Of a stretch of 64,000 nt of DNA, positions 51,810-63,590 are shown piece by piece. How positions within the stretch are numbered: position 1 is the first letter of the stretch; each line of letters opens with the position of its first letter. Made by a program: the position numbers and the translations under genes. The notes beneath the pieces were generated by a model that saw nothing but the letters and a program-made list of their open reading frames with translations, made no database searches and was not told the origin of the DNA. The stretch is from positions 43,278,001 to 43,342,000 of the forward strand of contig NC_045697.1 in NCBI RefSeq assembly GCF_009834535.1, written 5' to 3'. Source of the stretch: Camelus ferus. Its lineage: Eukaryota.

Positions 51810-52290
51810 CAGGTCTTATAATATAGCAATGTCACATCTAGGTAATATAACCTAAAGAAACTCTAGCCTGTGTGATTCAAGGGTATTTTTATTAGCTAAA
51901 GAAAATGGTTAGTACCTAATAATCATCAATAAGAGAATAATAAGTTGTGGTCTACAAAAGGGAATACTACACAGAAGCTGAAATAACTGAATTGGGTTTA
52001 CATGGAGCAACATGAATATCAAAACCAATGTTGACTTTTAAAAATCTACAAAGGTGTATATATATATATTTACATAAAATTTAAAAGTGATCAAAGCAAT
52101 ACTATTTATTGTTTACAGATAAGAACATATGTGGTAAAAGTTTTGAAACATGGACATTAAAGATTTGTTAAAATGTGGTAAAATGTTAAGGTGTTAATAT
52201 AAAAGTGTGAGTTCTTATGCGTCTATTTTATATTATCTTTTGTACTTTGTGTATGTGAATTACATAATGTATATAATTAAACAATTTTAA
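51810..52290 (+). mobile_element. Very old L1ME3/4-type 3' end
   Basis: tagcaatgtcacatctaggtaatataacctaaagaaactct...ggaatactacacagaagctgaaataactgaa. Confidence 0.6.
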
Positions 52291-52614
52291 TGAGTACACA
52301 TTCAATATTTTAATATGAATAAAATTAATTATTTGTTGGCTTGAATAGTACCTTGCAAATCATTCAAAAAAATTATTTTATCTCCAGATACTTTACTCAC
52401 CTTTTTGAATGTATATTGGAAAATATTTGTGAGAGGGAGAAAGGAAAGCCTTCTATTCCCAGGTGGAAATTATGCCTGGAGTAGATTTTATCTGTTTGCA
52501 CTGGGTTGTATAAACCTCATCTGCCTAATAGAACTGAACGGGGCATCAAAAGCGGTGACCACTAGAGAGCCCAAAGCAGTGGACAGAGGTGAGAACTAGA
52601 ACCAAGAAGTTCAA

Positions 52615-52800
52615 GCCAGTTTCCTAAGAGGGCAGTTCCATATCACCTGCATCAGAATCACCCAGGATGATAGTCAAAAACAAATTCTTGGGCCTAGGTT
52701 TATTTAATTATAAACACCAGAATGGAGTCCAAGACTTTGCCTTTGTAACAAGAACTCTCCAAATGATTCCCATGCACATTAAAATCTGAGAACCACTGAG
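52615..52800. mobile_element. MER5A/B hAT-Charlie
   Basis: cacctgcatcagaatcacccagg...aacaagaactctccaaatgattcccatgcacattaaaatctgagaaccactg. Confidence 0.8.
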
Positions 52801-54296
52801 TTAAATCACTCAGTGGGTTCAGGGCATTTTTCTGAGGACCCCATGAACTGGTGAGTTTCCTTGAACTAGGAAGCAAAATCCATTAAAAAGTCCAAGAAAA
52901 TGTATGAGGTCTTTGAATGAGGAAAGGGACAAATCTGCTAAGAGATAGAATACTATAAGAATGAGAAAATGACAAGGCAAGCATGAAGGCTATAAAACCA
53001 GTTTTACAATCACACACCATTCTAAAGATAACGCTCAGATGTTTGGTTGGAATAGTAGATGGAGAAATCTGCTTATATTAAAGGTAACATCAGCCTTACC
53101 AACAAGCTGCTAGATATAAAGAAAAACCAAAGGACATTGATACCAAGTGTCTAGCTCAATGCTTGGTTTACACTACCTGGTCAATACCCTTTGCTGTGGT
53201 GATGGCGAGTCAGAGTCAGGCAAAAGAAAAGGATGCTCTGGGAGCTTAGCACAAGAAACTTCCGGATCAGTGCAGGAAATGCAGAAAAAGAATTCCTAAA
53301 GGTAAGACAGACACGCAACAGACAAGGGCCTTCTCAGCTAGAGGAATCTCCCGGACGGGCAAGGAGGCATTGGCAAGGACTGCAAGGATGGCTGAGATCA
53401 TTAGAAGCCAATCCCACCAGGACCTCTGGCACAAGGCAGAGCAGATGAACTGAGTGGGCAGAAAAACTGGGACACAGATTCTAAAAAGGACTGAGACTCT
53501 CACCATGCTCTGGAGTGGTGCCAGCCCACATCTCTGTAGGGCTACAACTGAGCAGCTTGATCTCACATTCCACCTAGATGGGCAGGCTTGGAAGACCATC
53601 AAGAGGCTTCCAGCATCAGATGCTTCTGCAGTCGCATCAGAGGGGATCAAGCAAAGGACTACAGACCAGGAACAAGCACTATGAAGGCTTTATAAGGTTT
53701 GATAATGCTGTCTTTCATCCATCTTTGTTATTTTTGTACCTCTATTTCTTCACAGTGATTAAAGGCAAATCCTTCAAATGCAAAAGTCCAGTAAACCTAC
53801 TGTGGAGTATGGCAAGGAGAGAGAAGAGAATTCTCCTATTTTGTAGTCAGTTGGAAATATGGGTAGTAGCAGCTTGTAAAGGGAAAGAATGTGGATCAAA
53901 AAACGTGGCACAGGAAGCAAGCAAGAAGTGGGTAAGAATCTGCCTACGGATTTGTTGGCCAAAAAGGCTTAAAGAGGCTCCCCCATGGTTTTCTGACCCT
54001 GAACAACATTCTTCATTCCTTTCTTTTATTAGACCAAGAACAAGCTGCTATATCCCACGCTGATTAAATTGTAGAATGAAGAAACACAATACGCAAGAGA
54101 TGCAATTAAAACTCTGCCAATGAGACTTAACAAATTTCCTGAAACTCAAAACATGTATTTTACTCTATGGATTTAGGAATAATGAGAGTGTTTCTCCCCC
54201 AACACAGGGGTTAAGAGAAGCTGTTGCTGGGAGAATTCAGCTGACCAAATTAAGAACTTCGTAGAAAAATCAGGCTGGGGAACTGAGGTTATAAGG

Positions 54297-54656
54297 TGTT
54301 AAAAGACAAACTGAGGCATACTAAAAAATTTAAGAGTTTCCTTGAGTGAAAATCTATTCAAATCAGGCAGCACCAGACAGGAAGTAGTTAGAAGCACTCA
54401 ACCAACAGGAGCTTAAGGTAAGACTTTTATAGAGAAGAGGGGGAAGCAAAGCAAGGAAATTATTTGATTGGCTAGAGTTTAAGTGGTTGCACTGTTTTTG
54501 GAAAGTCTAGTTGGCTGTTTGTAATTGGTTGTCCTAAGTTTCCATCTCTCAACCTTGAGATATTTACAGGCTGAGGTTTTGGCGTTTGCTTATGCAGGCT
54601 GCTAAGGCATTAGCGTCACCTCAGTGTAATGGCACGCTTGTTTAATTAATTTAACA
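54297..54656 (-). mobile_element. Complete ERV1-type solo LTR (360 bp)
   Basis: Inverted termini TGTTAAA...TTTAACA; 4-bp TSD-like flanks aagg/aagt; minus-strand CCAAT boxes and TATAAAA. Confidence 0.8.
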
Positions 54657-54716
54657 AAGTAAATCTAGAAACCCTTTTATAACTTTTGCTAAATGTACCT
54701 AACTAAAATGATGAAG

Positions 54717-54840
54717 GGGGAGGGTATAGCTCAAGTGGTAGAGCACATGAGGTCGTAGATTCAATCCCCAGCACCTCCTCTAAAAATAAACAAATAAACA
54801 AACCTAATCACCTGCCCCCCAACCAAAAAAAATGAATAAA
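54717..54840 (+). mobile_element. tRNA-derived camelid SINE (vic-1-like)
   Basis: ggggagggtatagctcaagtggtagagc (A box)...gattcaatccccagcacctcc (B box), A-rich tail; imperfect TSD taaaatgatgaag (54704-54716) / taaaacagtgaag (54841-54853). Confidence 0.85.
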
Positions 54841-56837
54841 TAAAACAGTGAAGATAGTGTACTTTAAAAGATATCAATTCTTTTTTTCCAGCTTAGATAT
54901 TACTTATATTTACCCCAAATCAGTTTTGTCTTACCCTGAAACTTTTCCAGATATTTCTCCCAAATTATGATGAAATATTGAAAGTGAGTTTTGGGGTTTT
55001 TTGGTTTGTGTTTTGGTTTTGCTGTAGTTTGTTTGCAGCAGCTAGTATTCTTATACTGCAGGACGAGGCCCTCCTGCACCCCCCCTCCCACCTGCATCCA
55101 GATGCCTGATGCCCTCCCCACCGCCCCACCTTCCCACCCCTCCCACACCATCTCCACCTGTTCAACACTATAGAAGATTCTTACCTACTTTTCACAACAC
55201 AGGCCCTAACAGCTTTCTTATTTTTTCTTTGTTATACAAATTGTAGATTCATTAACAAAAAACAAACTCTTGCCTTGACTTTGAGGAAGAAGCTCCTGGT
55301 TCTCCCAGCCACTGCACAACTCACTCTTACTCCTGAGTATGCTACACTTACAATCCATAAAACTTTAGACTAATTTATAAATATTTACAGCTGGTTAGAC
55401 AGATTACCGAGTAGTATATAATATTGATAACATGATACTTAAGCAGCAGGAGAGAAACTCTAACTCGGTGATTGTTCTAAATGTGTTTTAGTGGGGCTTG
55501 GCTTGAAGGTGACCCCCTACATAGAGAGCAACACCAGAAGAATGAGTTAAAGCAAGAGTCCCAGAGTGCTATCAGTTCTAATGCATCCCAATTCTTTATT
55601 TCAAAATCATTCATGAAAATAAAGAATATAGAAACAAATACATATATACTGGACTGCCCTGTATCTCGGATATAGGAGAGGGGCAGAAGGGAAACTCACT
55701 GCATACTTTCTGCCTTGTAATTTTTCTCTTGTTCCAGACAATGACTTCAACTTTTCTAGCAAGATGAAGTTTTAATTGCACAGGCTTTCTTCTTCATTGG
55801 TGTTCAGTGCCTCATCCCAAATAAAAAGGGATTCAGTGGAAAAGAAAAACACTGTTTCCCCTCCATCTCCTTTCCTGCTTCTCTTTGTGAGACCAAAAGA
55901 GAATGATTATAGTCACATAGTCTATTTCTCTATCAACAGCATGAACCTACAAAACTGTCTTTTCTCTTATTAGAAAAGTACTTTTCTCCACCTGACTGCC
56001 TCTAACTTTATCCTTTGCCATTCTTCTATTTCAGGAAAACTCACTACATATTTCTTCCTGTCTCTCTGATCAATACATTCTTTCACTGGTTTTACTTTGT
56101 ATTGCTGGTAATTTGCTGAACTGGTGTTTCAGTTATATTCCCCAAAGGCCAGTGTTCCTTCCAAAATAAATTCTTTTAAGACATTTGAATATTTACTAAT
56201 AGTAATGTTCACTAATTGTGAACAGTGATAAAAAGATTTCACCAGCTGATACACTTAGGAATGCTGGATTAAAAGATGAGGCAATAATTTCAACAGGGCC
56301 AAGGATTCATTTCTTTTATGAGAAACCAGACCCTATCTTTTAATGATCTGATGTAAAAATGGTAAAAGGTAGCAAAGTAGTGATGGAGGTAAGGTGCATG
56401 GAGTGCACAGAAAGCAACAAAGGGACGAACAAGCAGCCTTCAATTTGAACCCTAGGTCATTTGATAAATTCTCTGCACTGTCTTACGTGCTCTGTGTTAT
56501 TAGGGAAACACTAGGCTCATACCTTATATATTTTAACCTGGAGGTCAAGGGTTTCCAGGTGAATTCTGTCTCTGATGAAGGTATTAGTAGGTATTCTCAC
56601 AATATCCCAGGACACCCAGATGGTGAAGACATACAGGAATGACTACTCGGCTTATTAGTGCCCAATCTCTCTCTTCTCACATGTGAATTACCAAGTAGAA
56701 GGTCATCAACTGAATTCCTCTTTTATCAACAGTGCCTACTAGTAGTATGTTTGTCAAAATCCAGACTCTCCAGTGAGGCAAACTTTAAATGACTCCTGAC
56801 TATTAAACTCTGAGGATTTCAAAATCATGGCAACATA

Positions 56838-57225
56838 TTGTTCTAGTCAGCACAGGCTATGTTAAATTGCAGTAACAACTTAACCCCTGAATCTCAATCC
56901 ATTCACATAACAAAAGTTCATTTTTTGCTCATGCTACACGTCCAATGCAGTTTGGTAAAGCGGTTCCATCCCAGGAAGTCACAGTGTCTTTGGCTGAGAC
57001 TGGCTCTGTGTTCTTGCAATGCTGCCGTCTCAGCAGGTGGCTTCCAGATTGCTGAGGCAGAAAGCAAGAGAGCTAGTGGGTCACGTGGAGGCTTTTTACT
57101 GTGTACATGTCAAGCTCAGTAACAGTCCATTGGACTGAACCCATTAAAGGCCCCAGCCAACTGCAGGGCCCAGCAAGGGAAACCTTCTTCTGTGTGCCCG
57201 AGAGGTCTAATAATTCTGCCATCTA
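56838..57225 (-). mobile_element. MLT1I/J-like MaLR LTR
   Basis: tagtcagcacaggctatgttaaattgcagtaacaac...aacaaaagttcattttttgctcatgctacacgtcca...ccattggactgaac...tctgtgtgcccgaga. Confidence 0.75.
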
Positions 57226-57416
57226 GCTATGGTGTCAATTTTACCCAAACAGTATTTCATAAGAAAAACTCATTTCAAGTCTAGTTATAGACTTGAAAAA
57301 TCCCCTATGGTAAAATTTTTTTTACAATTTAATTTTTGAAAGCCTTTATTCCTTAACTCATTCTAGACATTGTAAATTCTGATTTGCAATTTGAATGTCG
57401 TGAATTTTTATGTTAA

Positions 57417-57635
57417 CTTTTTAATTAAGATATTAACATATAATAAAAGTCATTTATTTTAAGTGCACAGTTGGATGAATTTTGGTAATTATGTATACTC
57501 ATATAACCACCATCACAATCAAGACACAGAAGAGTTCCCTTACCCTCATGCTGCTCCTCTGCAGTCAACACCAACTCCCATCCCACCTCTGACACCAGGT
57601 AACAATTAATCCATTTTCAGTCAATGTAATTTTGA
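57417..57635 (-). mobile_element. Old L1 3' terminus
   Basis: ttttaagtgcacagttggatgaattttggtaa...aaccaccatcacaatcaagacacaga...ctctgcagtcaac. Confidence 0.8.
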
Positions 57636-58072
57636 GTGCTTTGAATTTAATTTGCAAAATTTGTTTCATTATCCAAAAAAAGAAAAAGAAAATTAGAAGT
57701 CTTTTGTTAGCTTTTGAAATTGAGATAAGTTATTTGATAAATATTTTATTCTACTCATCATTCACAGTATTTCCAGCATACTGTATAATAGTAGTCCTTT
57801 GCATTCAAGTAATACAAGATATACTGTCCAAAACATTTTCAAAAGGCAACAGCCTTTTGGTGACTTATTTACTTAATATGCTTATTGGTTTCCCCAGTGT
57901 TATGCAATGTTAAATAAAAGTGTTCCTTCCTCTTTGTATCTACATCACAATCAAAGTTGAGTTGAGAGAAAAAAATAGGAGAAATTAGGGGGAGGTCTTC
58001 CAAACTTGCTTTGGAACTTATAGAATAACTGCTCTCTATATTGACGACAATAGATAGGGATGTATCAGCACA

Positions 58073-58077
<5 letters not shown>

Positions 58078-58125
<48 letters not shown>
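58078..58125. repeat. (GT)24 microsatellite
   Basis: Perfect GT run read directly. Confidence 0.95.
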
Positions 58126-58133
<8 letters not shown>

Positions 58134-58984
58134 CTGTTGGCGGATCACTACCGAGAGCCACTACAAATATTGACTGCACTAATGAAAATTCCCTTGCCTC
58201 CTCCCTCATCACAGAGCTGTGACAAGGGATCACAGTAAATCCAGACTTGGAAAATGAGCTGTATCAACCCTCCAGTCAGGGGGAACTGCAACAGGAGGCT
58301 GTCAAAACCCTGGGGGCAAGGTAAGTTACATAACCCTTTCAAACCCAACTGTAATTTGTTCTTCTCATCTTCTAGGGAGACAAAAGGTTGTCAGGAAAGG
58401 GTTTGCCACAGAGCTTTAGGTGTGCACAGCAGTGGCTAGTGTCTTTACAGGAAGGCACCGTAAATGACAGTCATAAGGGAAATCGTTGAACCAACACAAG
58501 TGCAAAGGGTACAAGTGACAATGTCACCCTATGCTTTTTTGAAAGGGAGAGAAGACAGTCTGTGTTCCTAGGGAACCCAGTGAGTTGGAGTAGAGCGCAG
58601 ACGGTGCTGGTGAAAGAGCAAAGCATGAGAAGCAGGTGTCCCCATGCATCAAGCGCAAGTCGGCGTACAGGTATTTGCTAAACAACACTGCGTTCTCAAC
58701 ACCAGTCCATCCTGACTGAAGTATTCATCTTTTCCTTCAATGGATCAACAAATATTTTGTGAGTACCTGCTCTCCGCAAGACAAAATATTAGGGTCAAGA
58801 TATGAGAGCCATAACCAGAGGTTGAGTTCCCTCACACAACATATAATAATATAAATGCTTTGCCTCACCTTCACCCACTCTTTTAGAGTTACCTTTCCAC
58901 TACAACGTTACTCCCAGGCCTTTCTCCTACCTTCACCTTTCCTGAGAACCTCCACCATAGAATCTATGCACAATGGGTTCTAGG

Positions 58985-59190
58985 CCAGAACTGTCCAAAA
59001 GAACTTCATAGAATGATGGAAATGTTCTATTTTGTGTGTTGTCCAATGGATAGTTCCTAGTCATACGTGGCTATCAAGCATCTGAAATGTATCTAGTGAG
59101 ACTGAGACACTGAAGTTTTCATTTTAATTTTGATTCATTCAAATTTAAATAGTCACAGGTGGCTAGTGGCTACTGCATTGAACATGACTG
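58985..59190. mobile_element. MER3 hAT-Charlie
   Basis: ctgtccaaaagaactt...aatgatggaaatgttctat...aaatttaaatagtcacaggtggctagtggctactgcattg. Confidence 0.88.
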
Positions 59191-59329
59191 TTTTTGACAT
59201 TTTTAATTTCCTCATCTTGCTTCCACCCAATATTTACCTTTCCTATTTTCTTCTAAGTAACAAGTTCTTACATTAACTTGATGCATTAAGGAGTGTTTCA
59301 ATGAAGGACCATAATACCCCCTTAGGTAC

Positions 59330-59729
59330 TGAGTTGAGTTGGATAGCATCCCTCCAAAACTCATGCCCTTCCTGGAACCTCAGACTGTGATCTTATTTGG
59401 ATAAACAAGGTCACTGATGATGTAATTAGTTAAGATGCGGTTATACTGGACTAGGTTGAGCCCTTAATTCAGAATGACTGGTGCCCTCATAATGAGAGAA
59501 GACAGGCAGACACAGGGACAACACCAAAGGCACCCTGTGGATTGCCAGCAGCACCAATGCTAAGAGAAAGGCATGGAACACACTCTCCTCTAGAGCCTTC
59601 AGAGAGAGCACAGCACTGCTGACACCTCGATCTCAGACTCCCAGCCTCCAGACAGTGAGAGAAGGCATTTTTGTTGTGTTAAGCCGCCCAGTCTGTGGTA
59701 ATGTTACAGCAGCCGTAGGAAATTACACA
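59330..59729 (+). mobile_element. MLT1C-like MaLR solo LTR with intact termini
   Basis: TG...CA termini, perfect 5-bp TSD GGTAC (59325-59329 and 59730-59734); ggaacctcagactgtgatcttatttgga, ctagagccttcagagagagca. Confidence 0.92.
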
Positions 59730-62724
59730 GGTACTTAGACTGGCTTCACCTATGTCTTCACCATTGTGTCATTTAATAAAGCCTTCATGATATTAAATTT
59801 GACACCAAAATTATTAATGTTGAAAAGTGTAAGATCCACAGTAGAGTAACTAGCAATCAGGATGTTTAAGGATAGTAAAGGACAGATTGTGCCTTGATGA
59901 AGTGGGAGCTTCCCATTTCATCCCAGCTAGATTTTCTCCCGAACCAGACTACTTCAGAGGCCTGCATTGCAGTCTGAGACATCTTTGTGAATCAAAGATG
60001 TGAATTAAGTCTTAGAAGGAAGTCTGGCTTCTGTCTGCAGCCCATTACTGACCTAAGGCCTCGATGATCACATTAAGAAAATAAAGCATTATTCATCCAG
60101 AGAAAAAGCATGACAAGTAATGATGTATTATTCCTAAAATGTAACATTCCTAAAACATCTTTCTGAAAACTCATGGGAATTCATACACACGTGTATGTGT
60201 ATAATATTTGTACCTTTACAAGGACAAGTGTGCGTATAAATGTGGAAGTGTGTGAGTGTCTATTGTATGTGTACATCATGTAAATAAAATCTATGTTCCC
60301 TAAATGATTGAGTTCTTTCTCAGGGAAGCTGGAATCCATCAATAATTTCCGAAGAGTGACCCTGGATCTGCCTCTCAAGGAGATGGTCTTTAATAAGTTT
60401 AGTTTATACTAAAGTCAACCTTGAGGGCACCATCAAGATGAACTAGAATCGACCCGAAGAGTAGTCAAAGGCCTCAACACCCACAGTTCTGCACCCACCC
60501 CTACTGTTGATGAGGAGACCAACAATTTAGAGCAAACCTGTATTCAACATACCACAGTCCACACCTCTCCTATACAACTTTGGGTTGTTTCCATAAACAC
60601 GCTTTGCTGCCACAGTATTCAGTCTAATATGTCTGTTATGTGGGTTTTAAACATGCAGGGAACGTGAAATACTTTATGGACAGGTTTTTTACCTCAGAGA
60701 GATCTCAGCAACTATGGTCTGGCCCTCAAGGTTCACTTGAGCAAACAGACCCAGGGAGGGAAACCACAGGGATTTGTCAGAACCTGATAGGTAAGTCAGT
60801 GAAGCCTCTGGAGACCTCTCCCTCAGTGGGCTGCACTTGGAATAAAGAAACAGATGTTTTTATTAGTACAGGTCCACTGAGAGAGTCAGAATGAGAGGCT
60901 TTTCCTGTGGCAGGAAAGACCTCATTAGACCATAATTGATGGGATCCAAGAAAGGTTGCAGAGAATGCCCCCTGCATCTCAGAGAGGTTCAAGGCTCCCC
61001 ATAAATTTCACCGATGACATTGATCCCAGTCCTGGAAAAACCTTTGTAGGAGCTGCATTGTTAGGCTTCAGTGGATTCCTACTCTTTTCCAGAAAGCTAT
61101 ATATCAGCTATAAATTGTTATTGATAAATGTTGGAATCCAGTTCTGGTGTTTTCAGAGCTTCTGCAGCCTGAAAGCACCCCACGTGTGGTAGGGATGGAA
61201 GAAGGACGCAGGCAACCTGACAGGTCTGTTCACATCCCCCGGGAGCTCGAGCTCGGCAAGCCCCGGGGTTTTCAGCCTCCCACAAGAAAGGACCGCATTC
61301 ATACAGCCGAGGGACATTTGCCCCAAGCAGCACTTTCACGTCGGCCCTCTGACAGCTGTCAGTGTGTTCTACGATGGGGCTTGGGCTGGTACTCATCTGC
61401 TTTGGGCGAGTTTCAGAGGTCTAGGAGTTTCAGAACCCAGTCATTTGCTCTTATCAGAGCCCTATTGCTGATCTGCCTCTGGCCTGAAAAGAGATTTGCA
61501 AGAAAGCAATTGTACTGCAGGCTGAGAAATACCTACAATTTGTAGCTGAAGGTGCAGAGCATTGATGAAGATGAAGAAAGTGAATATGGAGTAGAAAATT
61601 TTATTTCCAAGAATGCCTGATTTTTATTCAGAAGACATTGTCTATTGATTTTGTATAAAGTCAGGGCAACTTTTCTTTTATTGTGTGTGACTAAGATATA
61701 TAAGGCTCTTTTAGTGCATGTTTTAGAACTATGATTGCACAGTTCAAACGAGAACCGATACACTCCCAATAGGTGGACCTCAATGCCACGCAGAGGGCAG
61801 TGGAAGATCTGCTCGTGTGTGATATATTTATTTAGCAGGACTCTGGTCAACATTCTGCTCTAATAGCTTTTCTTTAGCTACAGAGTAAATAAAGAAGACA
61901 TTCTGCTCTGATAGCTTTTTCTTTTACCTACCAAACTTTTACTCCTCCAACTACTCTGATTTTAGTAGGCTAGGAAACATTTTCAACATGGTTGTGATTT
62001 GGACATTTGGCCTATGAGATCCTATTTTCCAATAAATACACCTTCATCTCTTATATCCACATGAGGGGAACATTTCAAAACATCAGAAACATTCAGAAAT
62101 TTGGGATTTTCATTACTTAGATTTGTGTATCACTCTTTCCTAAAACCTTTAAACTTCTCTCATTGAAAATGTAAATCAGAGATTAGGAAATGATGGGATC
62201 ATGTAACATACCCACAGCTAGGCTATTTTAGTGCTTAAAATGGAGTAAGGTGAACAAACCAATATATTCCAAAGTGTATTAAAGTGCATTTGTTTTTAAA
62301 AATGTATCTTTCTATTGGGTAGAATCTTATGCATAGTAATATAAATAGCAACAGAAGGAATTTGGAATTTCCTACTTGCTGGGGAAAATACTAGTAATCA
62401 TCATTTTGTTCCTTAAAATATGTGATTGTTCTGAACTTAAAACTTGATTTCCAGAATGCTTTAATATATCATACAACGTTCTATTACTCGTAGCTTGACA
62501 TTTCAAAAAGTAGTAGATAGAGTACCTAAGATCTTTTTTAAAAGCATCTCAATTATTTAAGATTAATGGAGATGCATGCACAGCTTAAGAACAAAATTGC
62601 AATACTTATTATATCTAAATTTTTTATTGCACCGAATTTGAAAGCTGAATAATCACAAGCCAAGGACCACAACTTAAAAGTGTAGGGCATATTGTATTAA
62701 CAGTTGATCATATAAATAATTAGG

Positions 62725-62940
62725 GAACAGTATAAGTAGTGGTTGAGCTCAAGAACTTACAAAGGTACCCAGATTCAAGCCCTTGTCCTGCCACCTCAGA
62801 ACAGAATCTCAGTTTTCTACTCCATAAAATGGGCATAACAATTCCTGTGGGTTGTTTTGTGTGTGAGAGAATCAAATAAAATAATCCATGTAATCACAAT
62901 ATATGCACATAGTAAATACTTAGTATTTGGTGGCTATTTT
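62725..62940 (+). mobile_element. MIR SINE
   Basis: gtagtggttgagc...cccagattcaagcccttgtcctgccac...ctcagttttctactccataaaatgggcataaca. Confidence 0.7.
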
Positions 62941-63057
62941 TTTTAGTAACATTCATGATAAAAGCAAAACATAGAAAGAGTGTCCCTAGACATGCAAATT
63001 AAACCAACTTGAGGGACTGGTGGGTGATAGATAAATAATGTATTCTGAATTAGTGGA

Positions 63058-63590
63058 CAAGGAAACAGCCTAAATGTCCATTGACAGATGATTGGATAAA
63101 GAATCTGTAGTATATTTATGCAATGGAATACTACTCATCCATAAAAAAGAATAAAATAATGCCATTTGCAGCAACATGGATGGACCTGGAGAATGTCATT
63201 CTAAGTGAAATAAGCCAAAAAGAGAAAGAAAAATACCACATATCACTCATATGTGGAATCTAAAAAAAAAAAAAAAAGATACAAAGGAACTTATTTACAA
63301 AACAGAAGCAGACTCACAGACATAGAAAACAAACTTATGGTTACGGTGGGGAAGGGGTGGGAAGGGATAAATTGGGAGTTCGAGATTTGCAGATACTAAT
63401 ATATATAAAATAGATAAACAACAAGTTTATACTGTATAGCACAGGGAATTATATTTAATATATTGTAGAAACTTAAGGTGAAAAACAATATGAAAACGAA
63501 TATATGCATGTTTATGAACGAATGAAGTACTGTGCTGTACATCAGAAACTGACATAACATTGTAAACTGACTATACTTCAATAAAAATAT
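63058..63590 (+). mobile_element. Young camelid-type L1 3' end
   Basis: gccatttgcagcaacatggatggacctggaga...gggtgggaagggataaattgggagttcgagatttgcagatactaa...gtaaactgactatacttcaataaaaa. Confidence 0.92.

Noticed and set aside
53578..54063. Longest ORF (161 aa)
   Set aside because: Composition looks random, no domain recognised, and the length is plausible by chance in 64 kb.
54717..54780. tRNA gene
   Set aside because: No anticodon arm; A-rich tail and TSD show it is a SINE.
61147..61545. 132-aa ORF
   Set aside because: Non-ATG start; open frame explained by local GC richness; no recognisable homology.
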